Source: Faecalibacterium sp. CAG:74 (GTDB lineage: Bacteria; Verrucomicrobiota; Kiritimatiellia; RFP12; UBA1067). Taken from it: a stretch of 53,524 nucleotides of DNA. The translations under genes were made by a program, and so were the position numbers. A model generated the notes under the pieces. The model was not told where the DNA came from, ran no database searches, and worked only from the letters and a program-made list of their open reading frames with translations. The DNA is taken from assembly GCA_963588415.1 (NCBI GenBank), contig CAVAHB010000061.1, forward strand, positions 1 to 53,524, in the 5' to 3' direction. This document shows positions 35,405-43,411 of this stretch, piece by piece (position 1 is the stretch's first letter; each line of letters starts with the position of its first letter).

Positions 35405-37477
35405 ATGAGCACAGACCTAAAGAACGTACGCAACATCGGCATCGTCGCGCACATTGACGCTGGCAAGACGACGACGACCGAACGCATCCTTTTCTACACG
35501 GGCAAGATTCACCGGCACGGCGACGTGCACGACGGCAACACGACGACCGACTTCATGGTGCAGGAGCGCGAACGCGGCATCACGATTCAGTCCGCGGCGA
35601 TTTCCTGCGAATGGAAGGGGCATTCGATCAACATCATTGATACGCCCGGACACGTGGACTTCACGATGGAGGTTGAGCGGTCGCTCCGGGTGCTTGACGG
35701 GGCGGTGTGCGTGTTCTGCGCGGTGGGCGGCGTCCAGCCCCAGTCCGAGACGGTGTGGCGGCAGGCCGACCGCTACAACGTGCCGCGTCTCGCATTCATC
35801 AACAAGATGGATCGCATGGGGGCCGACTTCGGGCGCGTCGTGGAGGAACTCAGGACGAAACTCCGCGCGACCGCGTGTCCGGTGGAACTGCCAATCGGGC
35901 GCGAGGAGGCGTTCAAGGGCGTGGTTGACCTTCTTGAGATGAAGGGAATCGTCTATGACGAGGCTTCGGAAGGCAAGACATTCACGGTCGGGGACATCCC
36001 GGCGGAACTGAAGGAAGAGGCGGAACTCGCCCGCGTCGAACTCGTCGAGAAGGTTGCGGATCTCGACGAGGGCGTGATGGAAGCCTACCTTGAGAAAGGC
36101 GACCTCACGAAGGATGAACTGATACCGGCAATCCGCCGGCTCGTCGTGGCGGGCAAGTTCGTGCCGGTTCTGTGCGGAACTTCGCTGCGCGACAAGGGCG
36201 TCCAACCGCTGCTGGATGCGATTTGCCGCTACCTGCCCTCCCCGGAGGATCGTCCGCCCGTGACGGCGACGGATCTCAAGAGCGGCGAAAAGGTGACGCG
36301 GCGGCAGGACGACGGCGAACTGCTGACGGCGCTCGTTTTCAAGATTGCGACAGACCCGTATGTTGGGAGGCTCTTCTTCGTGCGCGTCTACGGCGGCATT
36401 CTCAAGAAGGGTGCGAACGCCTACAATCCGCGCACGAAGAAACGTGAGCGCATCATGAAGATCGTGCGGCTTTTCGCCGACCACCAGATTGAGGTCGATG
36501 AACTCCATGCGGGCGACATCGGCGCGGTCGTCGGGCTGAAGGAGTGCACGACGGGCGACACGCTTTGCGCGGAGATGAAGCCGTGCTACCTTGAGCGCAT
36601 TGTCGCGCCGCAGCCCGTGATGTTCCTTGCGATTGAGCCGAAGAGTTCCGCCGACAAGGATAAACTTGTCGAATCGATGAAGGCCCTCGCGGCGGAAGAC
36701 CCGACCTGCCAGTTCAGGGAGGACGACGAAACGGGGCAGACGATTCTTTCGGGCATGGGCGAACTTCACCTGGAGATTCTCGTGGACCGCCTGAAGCGCG
36801 AGTTCAAATGCGCGGCGAACGTAGGCAAGCCGATGGTGAGTTATCTCGAGACAATCACCGCGCCCGTGACGAAGGAGTTCTTGTTCGACCGCGAACTCGG
36901 CGGCAAGCGCCATGCCGTGAGCCTGACGATTGCGCTTTCACCGCTTGAACGCGGCAAGGGGCGCGAAATCGAACTCTCGCGTGACTTTAAGAACCTCGTC
37001 CCCGACCGCCATCTGCAGGAATGTGTGGAGCAGGGGTTGCTTGACGGCGTGATGACGGGCGTTCTCGCCCGCTACCCGATGACGGACTTGAGGGTCGAAG
37101 GCACGTCGGCGACGATCGTCGATCCCGAGGTGTCGGACGAAGTGGCGTTCAGGAGTGCCGCGATGATGGGCTTTCGCGAGGCGGCGGAAGGGGCGAAGGC
37201 CGAGTTCCTTGAGCCGATCATGCGACTTGAGATCACGACACCGCCCGAATCCGTGGGCGAAGTGCTCGGCGACCTCAGTGCACGGCGCGGCAACGTGCTC
37301 GACATGGATATGCGCGGCGATTTGCAGATTATCCACGCCCACGTGCCGATGGCGCAGATGTTCGGCTATTCGACGGCAATCCGTTCGCTTACGCGGGGAC
37401 GTGCTTCCTATTCGATGGAGCCGGACAAGTTCGAGATCGCGCCGAAGAACGTGCGCGAGGAGATTCTCAGCCGGTAG
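35405..37477 (+). CDS. fusA: Elongation factor G family GTPase. It is stand-alone and has a divergent domain IV.
   Basis: [25 protein letters not shown] and NKMD G-motifs, plus full five-domain length (690 aa). It is not adjacent to rpsL/rpsG/tuf. The domain IV loop motifs are altered (see findings). Confidence 0.9.
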   Translation: MSTDLKNVRNIGIVAHIDAGKTTTTERILFYTGKIHRHGDVHDGNTTTDFMVQERERGITIQSAAISCEWKGHSINIIDTPGHVDFTMEVERSLRVLDGAVCVFCAVGGVQPQSETVWRQADRYNVPRLAFINKMDRMGADFGRVVEELRTKLRATACPVELPIGREEAFKGVVDLLEMKGIVYDEASEGKTFTVGDIPAELKEEAELARVELVEKVADLDEGVMEAYLEKGDLTKDELIPAIRRLVVAGKFVPVLCGTSLRDKGVQPLLDAICRYLPSPEDRPPVTATDLKSGEKVTRRQDDGELLTALVFKIATDPYVGRLFFVRVYGGILKKGANAYNPRTKKRERIMKIVRLFADHQIEVDELHAGDIGAVVGLKECTTGDTLCAEMKPCYLERIVAPQPVMFLAIEPKSSADKDKLVESMKALAAEDPTCQFREDDETGQTILSGMGELHLEILVDRLKREFKCAANVGKPMVSYLETITAPVTKEFLFDRELGGKRHAVSLTIALSPLERGKGREIELSRDFKNLVPDRHLQECVEQGLLDGVMTGVLARYPMTDLRVEGTSATIVDPEVSDEVAFRSAAMMGFREAAEGAKAEFLEPIMRLEITTPPESVGEVLGDLSARRGNVLDMDMRGDLQIIHAHVPMAQMFGYSTAIRSLTRGRASYSMEPDKFEIAPKNVREEILSR

Positions 37478-37489
37478 TCGGGACGGACG

Positions 37490-38551
37490 ATGGTGGCGAG
37501 TGCGCTGAGTTTTGCAAGTCCGTGGATGCTCCTTCTGGGGCTTCCGCTCGGTTTTGCCGCATGGCGGCTTTTGCGGCGGGGTTGCCGTTCGGGCATCCGC
37601 TTTTCCGCGATTGCGCGACTGCCGGCGAAGGCGGCAGGGTGGCGGGCGAAAGTCGCCGCGCTTATGCCATATGTCCTCATTGCGGGGCTTGCGCTGCTCG
37701 TGGTGGCGGCGGCGCGGCCGCGTTCGCCACTCGCCCGTGAGAAGCGTTCGGTCGATGCCATTGCCATTGTGATGACGGTTGACGTCTCCGGCACGATGGA
37801 AGCCCTCGACCTCACGCCGCTTGGCGAACGGTTCACGCGCTCGACGACGCGCCTCGCCATCGTGAAACGGCTCTTCGCCGAGTTCGTGGAGAAGCGTCCG
37901 GACGACCTGATCGGGCTCGTCACCTTCGGCGGATATGCCGCGACGCGCTCGCCACTGACGGCGGACCATCAGGCCTTGCTGAACGTGTTGAAGGGCGTGG
38001 AAGTCCCCTCCCTCGCCTTCGACGACCAGGGCCGCCCGATTTCAAAGGAAGAGCAGATGACGGCCATCGGGGACGGGCTTGCGACGGCTCTCGCCCGGCT
38101 GAAGGATGCGAAGCCGAAGTCGAAGGTCGTGATTCTCCTTTCGGACGGGATGTCCAACACGGGTGCGGTGTCGCCCGACGAGGCGGCGCAGGCGGCGAAG
38201 AAACTGGGCGTGAAGGTCTACGCCATCGGCGTTGGCACGAAGTCGCGGCGGACGCCGTTCTTCACCCGCGACATCTTCGGGCGCGAGAGGATCGGATATT
38301 CGGATACGGAGTTTGACGAAGGGCAGTTGAAGTCCATTGCGTCCGTGACCGGCGGAACTTACTTCCCCGTGAACGACCGCGACTCGTTGGAGAAGGCCCT
38401 TGAGGAAATCGACCAACTGGAGACGACGACGCTGGAGGCGGATGCCTACGACCGCTGGGCGGAGCATTTCGTACCGTTCCTTCTGGGCGGCGCGGCGCTC
38501 GTCTTTCTCGCCGTTTCGCTCTCAATGGCGGTCACGCGCCGCATGGCATAG
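37490..38551 (+). CDS. VWA domain-containing membrane protein (BatA-like).
   Basis: N-terminal TM pair (SPWMLLLGLPLGFAAW, ALMPYVLIAGLALLVVAA). MIDAS-like VDVSGTM. A C-terminal TM helix is present. Confidence 0.85.
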   Translation: MVASALSFASPWMLLLGLPLGFAAWRLLRRGCRSGIRFSAIARLPAKAAGWRAKVAALMPYVLIAGLALLVVAAARPRSPLAREKRSVDAIAIVMTVDVSGTMEALDLTPLGERFTRSTTRLAIVKRLFAEFVEKRPDDLIGLVTFGGYAATRSPLTADHQALLNVLKGVEVPSLAFDDQGRPISKEEQMTAIGDGLATALARLKDAKPKSKVVILLSDGMSNTGAVSPDEAAQAAKKLGVKVYAIGVGTKSRRTPFFTRDIFGRERIGYSDTEFDEGQLKSIASVTGGTYFPVNDRDSLEKALEEIDQLETTTLEADAYDRWAEHFVPFLLGGAALVFLAVSLSMAVTRRMA

Positions 38552-38566
38552 GAAGGGAAACGAAGA

Positions 38567-40159
38567 ATGAAGACAATCGACTGCGACTATTTCATCGTCG
38601 GCTCCGGCATGGCCGGTCTCATGAGTGCGCTTCACCTTTCCGCCTACGGGCGAACGGTCGTGGCGACGAAGGGCAAACTCGCCGACTGCAACACCAACTT
38701 CGCCCAGGGCGGCATCTGCTGCGTGATGGATCCCGAGGATACGTTCGACCATCACGCCCGCGATACGATGATTGCCGGCGCATGGCTTGGCAAGCGCGAG
38801 GTCGTGCACGAGATTTGCGAACACGCGCCGGAGGGCATCCGCGACCTGATCGACTGCGGCGTGAAGTTCGCGAAGAAGAAGGACGGCTCATGGGACTTGA
38901 CGCGCGAAGGCGGCCACAGTGCGCGGCGAATTTTCCATGCGGGTGACATTACGGGCGAAAAGTGCGAGAAGGCCATGATTCGCACGGTGCGCAAGCATCC
39001 CGAAATCGACATTCACGAGGAGACGATTGTCATCGACCTCATCATGACGAAGCGGCTCGGACTCAAGGGCGAGAACCGGTGCGTCGGCGCGTACGTGCTG
39101 AACAAGCCGACGGGCGAAATCTACGCAATCCGTTCGCCGAACACGATTCTCGCGACGGGCGGTTGCGGCAAGGTCTACCTCTACACCTGCAATCCCGACA
39201 CGGCAACGGGCGACGGCATTGCGCTCGCGTGGCGGGCCGGGGCGCGGATTGAGAACATGGAGTTCATCCAGTTCCACCCGACGTGCCTCTACCATCCGCA
39301 GGCGAAGCGCTTTCTCATCTCCGAGGCGGTGCGCGGCGAAGGGGCGGTACTCGTGGATCGGCACGGGCGCGAGTTCATGCAGAAATACGATCCACGCGGG
39401 TCGCTTGCGCCACGCGACATCGTGGCGCGGTCGATTGACAGCGAGATGAAGCGCACGGGCGACGACTGCATGTTCCTCGACATTCGCCGCAAGGGCCGCA
39501 AGTATCTGCAGACGCGCTTCCCCAACATCTACATGAAGTGCATGGAGTTCGGCATTGACATGGCGAAGGACTTGATTCCCATCGTGCCGGCGGCGCACTA
39601 CACATGCGGCGGCATTCAGGCGACGACGGACGGGCGCACCTCGATTGCGGGGCTTTCGGCCGTCGGCGAATGCGCCTCGACGGGGTTGCACGGTGCGAAC
39701 CGCCTCGCTTCCAACTCGCTGATGGAGGCTCTCGTTTGCGCACGGCTCACGGCGGCGCGGCTCGGCCCGCATCCCGAGAAGTTCGCCCGCCGGCCGCCGA
39801 CAATCCCCGCGTGGAAAATCGGCAACGCCGTGCCGCCCGACGAAGCGGTGCTCGTCGCCCACATGTGGGACGAGATTCGCCGCCTGATGTGGGACTACGT
39901 CGGCATCGTCCGGACGAACAAGCGCCTCGCCCGTGCCGCGCATCGCATCCGTATGATTCGCCGCGAAATCCACGACTACTACTTCCGCTATCTCGTCACG
40001 CCCGATACGCTCGAACTGCGCAATCTGGCGGTCTGCGCCGAACTGATTATCAAGAGCGCCCAGTTGCGCCACGAGTCGCGCGGGCTTCACTTTACGCTCG
40101 ACTACCCGAAGATGTCGAAGAAAATCAGGCAGACGGTACTCGATGGTTTCAAGGGCTGA
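38567..40159 (+). CDS. nadB: L-aspartate oxidase.
   Basis: FAD-binding DYFIVGSGMAGL, HYTCGGI, GLHGANRLASNSL and RHESRGLHF motifs. 530 aa. Confidence 0.93.
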   Translation: MKTIDCDYFIVGSGMAGLMSALHLSAYGRTVVATKGKLADCNTNFAQGGICCVMDPEDTFDHHARDTMIAGAWLGKREVVHEICEHAPEGIRDLIDCGVKFAKKKDGSWDLTREGGHSARRIFHAGDITGEKCEKAMIRTVRKHPEIDIHEETIVIDLIMTKRLGLKGENRCVGAYVLNKPTGEIYAIRSPNTILATGGCGKVYLYTCNPDTATGDGIALAWRAGARIENMEFIQFHPTCLYHPQAKRFLISEAVRGEGAVLVDRHGREFMQKYDPRGSLAPRDIVARSIDSEMKRTGDDCMFLDIRRKGRKYLQTRFPNIYMKCMEFGIDMAKDLIPIVPAAHYTCGGIQATTDGRTSIAGLSAVGECASTGLHGANRLASNSLMEALVCARLTAARLGPHPEKFARRPPTIPAWKIGNAVPPDEAVLVAHMWDEIRRLMWDYVGIVRTNKRLARAAHRIRMIRREIHDYYFRYLVTPDTLELRNLAVCAELIIKSAQLRHESRGLHFTLDYPKMSKKIRQTVLDGFKG

Positions 40160-40898
40160 CATACTTGAAGTCGAACGCCTGAAGGTCTGGTTTCCAATCC
40201 GAAGGGGAATCTTCTCGCGGATTTCGGGATACGTGAAGGCCGTCGATGACGTGAGTTTCGTTCTGCGGCGCGGCGAAACGCTGGGCGTCGTGGGCGAATC
40301 GGGAAGCGGGAAGTCGACGATCGCTCGGGCGATTGCGGGTCTAACCAGGCCGACGGGCGGGGTCATCCGCTGCGGCGGGCGGCGAATTGGGATGGTCTTT
40401 CAGGATCCGCTTGGCAGCCTCAATCCACGGCAGACCGTGCGCGAGGCGATTGAAACCGTGCCGTATGGTGCGCCCAAGCCGGATGCCGCAGCACTTCTGC
40501 ACGAAGTCGGAATGGACGAATCTGCCCTCAACCGCTATCCGCACGAGTTCTCCGGGGGCCAACGTCAGCGCGTCTGCATCGCCCGTGCAATAGCCCTTCG
40601 CCCGGAGATCCTGATTTGCGACGAGGCCGTTTCGGCCCTCGACCTTTCCGTGCGGGCGCAGGTTCTGGACTTGCTGGCGGACTTGAAGCGCAAGTTCTCG
40701 CTCTCGCTTCTCTTCATCACGCACGACATCGGGGTCGTTCAGCACATCGCCGACCGCGTTATCGTGATGAATCGCGGGCGGTGCGTGGAGAGCGGAACGT
40801 GTGAGGCCGTGCTGAAGAATCCGCAGGACGAATACACGCGCTACCTGATCGAGTCCGTGCCACGGATCGGCAAGCCGATGGACGATGCGGGCCTGTGA
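40143..40898 (+). CDS. ABC transporter ATP-binding protein (DppF/OppF-like) with no adjacent permease or binding protein.
   Basis: Walker A GESGSGKST, signature FSGGQRQR, Walker B ILICDEAVSALD. Its start overlaps the nadB 3' end by 17 nt. Confidence 0.88.
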   Translation: MVSRADILEVERLKVWFPIRRGIFSRISGYVKAVDDVSFVLRRGETLGVVGESGSGKSTIARAIAGLTRPTGGVIRCGGRRIGMVFQDPLGSLNPRQTVREAIETVPYGAPKPDAAALLHEVGMDESALNRYPHEFSGGQRQRVCIARAIALRPEILICDEAVSALDLSVRAQVLDLLADLKRKFSLSLLFITHDIGVVQHIADRVIVMNRGRCVESGTCEAVLKNPQDEYTRYLIESVPRIGKPMDDAGL

Positions 40899-40911
40899 AG
40901 CCCCGCATTCG

Positions 40912-41541
40912 TCACTGCATAAACCCGGCGGCGACGAGTTTCGCCTCGGTTAGACCCTTCGGTGTCGCACGTTTCGCGAGATACTTGCCGATGACATCGC
41001 CCTCAAGGTTCACCCTGTCGCCGGGCTTGCGCGTGCCAAGCGTCGTTTCCGCTGCCGTTGTCGGAATCACGTCCACGCCCAGCCAGTCATCGCCAATCGC
41101 CGAGATCGTCAGCGACACGCCGTCCACGGCAACCGAACCTTTCAGAACCGACTGTGCTGCGAGGACGCGCCCGCACCTGATGCGCAACTGGAAGTCGCGC
41201 CCCTTGCGAATGCGTTCGAGGATTGTGCCGCGCCCGTCCACGTGTCCCTGCACGATGTGTCCGCCCATCGGTTCGCCCGCGCGAAGGGCGCGTTCGAGGT
41301 TGACCCTTGTCCCCGGCGCGATTTCGCCAAGTCCCGTGCGGGCTTCAGTTTCGCGCAGGACGTTCGCCGTAAAGCGGGAACTGTCGCACCGTGCAACCGT
41401 CAGGCAGACCCCGTTCACGGCGACGGACTCGCCCTCTTCGAGCGGTCGCGCCCACGGCTCGAAGGCAATCTCGACGACAAGCCCCGTGCCACGGCTCACG
41501 CGGCGAACCGTGCCCGTCTTCTGGATCAATCCCGTAAACAT
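40912..41541 (-). CDS. ribE: Riboflavin synthase (alpha chain).
   Basis: MFTGLIQKTGTV N-terminus and a duplicated lumazine-binding repeat (GESVAVNGVCLTV / GSVAVDGVSLTI). Confidence 0.93.
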   Translation of the reverse strand: MFTGLIQKTGTVRRVSRGTGLVVEIAFEPWARPLEEGESVAVNGVCLTVARCDSSRFTANVLRETEARTGLGEIAPGTRVNLERALRAGEPMGGHIVQGHVDGRGTILERIRKGRDFQLRIRCGRVLAAQSVLKGSVAVDGVSLTISAIGDDWLGVDVIPTTAAETTLGTRKPGDRVNLEGDVIGKYLAKRATPKGLTEAKLVAAGFMQ

Positions 41542-42560
41542 ACGCTCCTCCCGATGAAGTCAACGCCGCTTTTCACCCCGACGCATTCAACGCACCCGAA
41601 GTGCGCGGCACTTTTCAGCGGCTTTTCGCCGATGACCAGCGGGGAAAGAACCGTTATCCACTCGTCCACCAGCCCTTCCGCCGCGAGCGACCGGGCGAGG
41701 TTGAGGCCGCCCTCGCAGAAGACGTGCAGGAATCCCCGCGCACCGAGATCCGCCATGACGTCCGTCAGGTCGCGGAACTTTCCGCCGCCGACGCGGTAGA
41801 CGAGCGTACGGTCCTTCGCGTCATCCGTGAATATCTGCGCCGACTTCGGCAGCCGTCCAGTCCGTGTGACGACGGCGCGGAAGAGGTCGTCGTTTCGCCG
41901 CACATGGCAGAGGAGGCTCGGATTGTCGCGGCGGATTGTCTCGGCCCCGACCAGCATGCAATCGACGCGTCCGCGCCACGTCCCTGTCCAGGCGCGGGCT
42001 TCCGGGCCGGAAATCCACCGCGAACGGCCCTCGTTGTCGCAAATCTTGCCGTCAAGGGACATTGCAAGTTTCACCGTCACAAACGGAAGCCCCGTGCGAA
42101 CGTGCTTCGCGAACGGTGCGACCAGCCGTTGCGCCCGTTCGACGACGTCCGCCGCGTCCTTGCGACAATCCGTCTGCCAGCAGGCCGTCGCGATGCCGGC
42201 CCGGCGCAAGATCCGTGCCGCCTTGCCGCGATTCTTCGGATTCGGGTCGGGGACGGCCCATTCAACGCGCTTCACGCCCGCCGCGACAAGCGCCGCCGTG
42301 CACGCGCCCACCCGTCCGGGCTTCGAGCAGGGTTCGAGCGTCACAAAGACCGTCCCCCCCGCCGGCGATTCGCGGCAGTCTTTCAGCGCGGCAACTTCGG
42401 CATGGTCGCCGCCACATTTGCGGTGGTGGCCCTTGCCGATGATTCGATCGCCCTTCAGGACGACCGACCCGACGGGCGGATTCGGGCGCGTATGCCCGCA
42501 CCCCCTCTCCGCTTCGCGAAGGGCGGCTTCCATGCACCGAATCTCCAGCGGCGAAAGCAC
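41526..42560 (-). CDS. ribD: Bifunctional diaminohydroxyphosphoribosylaminopyrimidine deaminase / 5-amino-6-(5-phosphoribosylamino)uracil reductase.
   Basis: Deaminase zinc motifs HAEVAAL and TLEPCS...AC. The C-terminal reductase domain is present. A GTG start at 42560 abuts the nusB stop. Confidence 0.9.
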   Translation of the reverse strand: MLSPLEIRCMEAALREAERGCGHTRPNPPVGSVVLKGDRIIGKGHHRKCGGDHAEVAALKDCRESPAGGTVFVTLEPCSKPGRVGACTAALVAAGVKRVEWAVPDPNPKNRGKAARILRRAGIATACWQTDCRKDAADVVERAQRLVAPFAKHVRTGLPFVTVKLAMSLDGKICDNEGRSRWISGPEARAWTGTWRGRVDCMLVGAETIRRDNPSLLCHVRRNDDLFRAVVTRTGRLPKSAQIFTDDAKDRTLVYRVGGGKFRDLTDVMADLGARGFLHVFCEGGLNLARSLAAEGLVDEWITVLSPLVIGEKPLKSAAHFGCVECVGVKSGVDFIGRSVCLRD

Positions 42561-43052
42561 TTACGACCTCGGTTCGTCCGTACTTGCCGCATCCAGCGAC
42601 TTTGCGTATTTATCCAGAACGCCGTTGACTATCTTTCGGGCAACCGGCGCGGAAAACCAGTTCACGATGTCGATTGCCTCGTTGATGACGACGGCTCGCG
42701 GCACATCCGTATACTTCATCTCCCAAATGCCCATACGCAACACAGCCCGTTCAACGGTTCCGAGGCGGTAGAGGTCCCAGTTGTCGAGAATCTTTGCAAG
42801 AATGCTGTCAATCTCATCGAGATTGTGCAAAACCCCGGTGACACGCTCTTCGGCAAAGACCTTGTACTTGGTGGGAATCTTCTTGACCGAATCATCCGCC
42901 AAGTCAAGCGAAGCCACTTGATCCCAGAACTCGGACATGAAGGCCGTCAAGTCCTCCAGAATCTTGCCCTCCGCCGAAAGAGGAGGGTTCAAGTCCGCTG
43001 AAGTCAACATCTGAATCGCCCATTCACGGGCCTGTCTGCGTGTCACCGTCAT
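42561..43052 (-). CDS. nusB: Transcription antitermination factor NusB.
   Basis: RRQAREWAIQMLTS N-terminus and VPRAVVINEAIDI are typical of NusB. SD AAGGTAAGGA lies upstream. Confidence 0.88.
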   Translation of the reverse strand: MTVTRRQAREWAIQMLTSADLNPPLSAEGKILEDLTAFMSEFWDQVASLDLADDSVKKIPTKYKVFAEERVTGVLHNLDEIDSILAKILDNWDLYRLGTVERAVLRMGIWEMKYTDVPRAVVINEAIDIVNWFSAPVARKIVNGVLDKYAKSLDAASTDEPRS

Positions 43053-43082
43053 TTCAAAGATCCTTACCTTTCAATGGCGCAC

Positions 43083-43091
43083 ATTATACCA
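43083..43091 (-). promoter_or_regulatory. Extended -10 element TGGTATAAT (minus strand) for nusB-ribD-ribE.
   Basis: The reverse complement of 43081-43094 reads ATATGGTATAATGT. It lies 30 nt upstream of the nusB ATG (43052). Confidence 0.5.
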
Positions 43092-43155
43092 TATTTTGAA
43101 TGCCGAAGTTTCTTGAGTTTGCCCATTTTCAATCGCCTTACATTCCCTTGCGAAC

Positions 43156-43308
43156 TGCACCCGGGTGCAAAGGGTATCTGCACCCGGGTGCAGAGGGTGT
43201 CTACACCCGGGTGCAGAAGGGGTCTACACCCGGGTGCAGAGGGTGTCTACACCCGGGTGCAAAGGGTGTCTGCACCCGGGTGCAGAAGGGGTCTACACCC
43301 GGGTGCAG
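43156..43308. repeat. Tandem array of seven 23-bp units, each carrying the perfect palindrome CACCCGGGTG.
   Basis: The palindrome core starts at 43158, 43181, 43204, 43227, 43250, 43273 and 43296. Units are CACCCGGGTGCA(A/G)A(G/A)GG(G/T)(T/G)(A/G)TCT(G/A). The palindrome extends to the 14-bp TGCACCCGGGTGCA in copies 1, 2 and 6. Confidence 0.97.
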
Positions 43309-43395
43309 TCCGCCGCGCTTCGGAAGGGGCGGAAGCGGCACTCCTCGGCGGGCGAAGTTTTCACGGCAGAAGGATGCCACGCATTCGCCGTTTTG

Positions 43396-43404
43396 TGGTA
43401 TAAT
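43396..43404 (+). promoter_or_regulatory. Extended -10 element TGGTATAAT upstream of queD.
   Basis: TGGTATAAT at 43396-43404 ends 7 nt before ATG 43412. No SD is present. Confidence 0.55.
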
Positions 43405-43411
43405 AACTCGC

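Noticed and set aside
40895-41557. 220-aa + strand ORF opposite ribE, and 41601-43001 / 41827-42771 opposite ribD and nusB.
   Set aside because: These are antisense to genes with unmistakable RibE, RibD and NusB motifs, and their products are Pro/Arg/Ser-rich with no motifs.
43053-43156. FMN riboswitch upstream of nusB-ribD-ribE, and a preQ1 riboswitch upstream of queD.
   Set aside because: The leaders are too short (about 25 nt for nusB and essentially 0 nt for queD). I see no conserved FMN-element or preQ1 aptamer sequence in the intergenic DNA.
43156-43308. Possible CRISPR array.
   Set aside because: The period is only 23 bp, and the spacers are 13 nt long and nearly identical to each other. 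There is no leader and there are no cas genes. This is a tandem minisatellite of palindromes, not a CRISPR array.
43100-43411. N-terminal extension of the queD ORF (and ORFs 43074-43403, 43165-43560 and 43201-43464 minus) that translates the 23-bp tandem repeat into PGC/HPGA/TRVQ repeats.
   Set aside because: The repeat period (23 bp) is not a multiple of 3, so the peptide repeat is an artefact of reading through a DNA repeat. A strong extended -10 element at 43396-43404 and a canonical QueD N-terminus begin at 43412.
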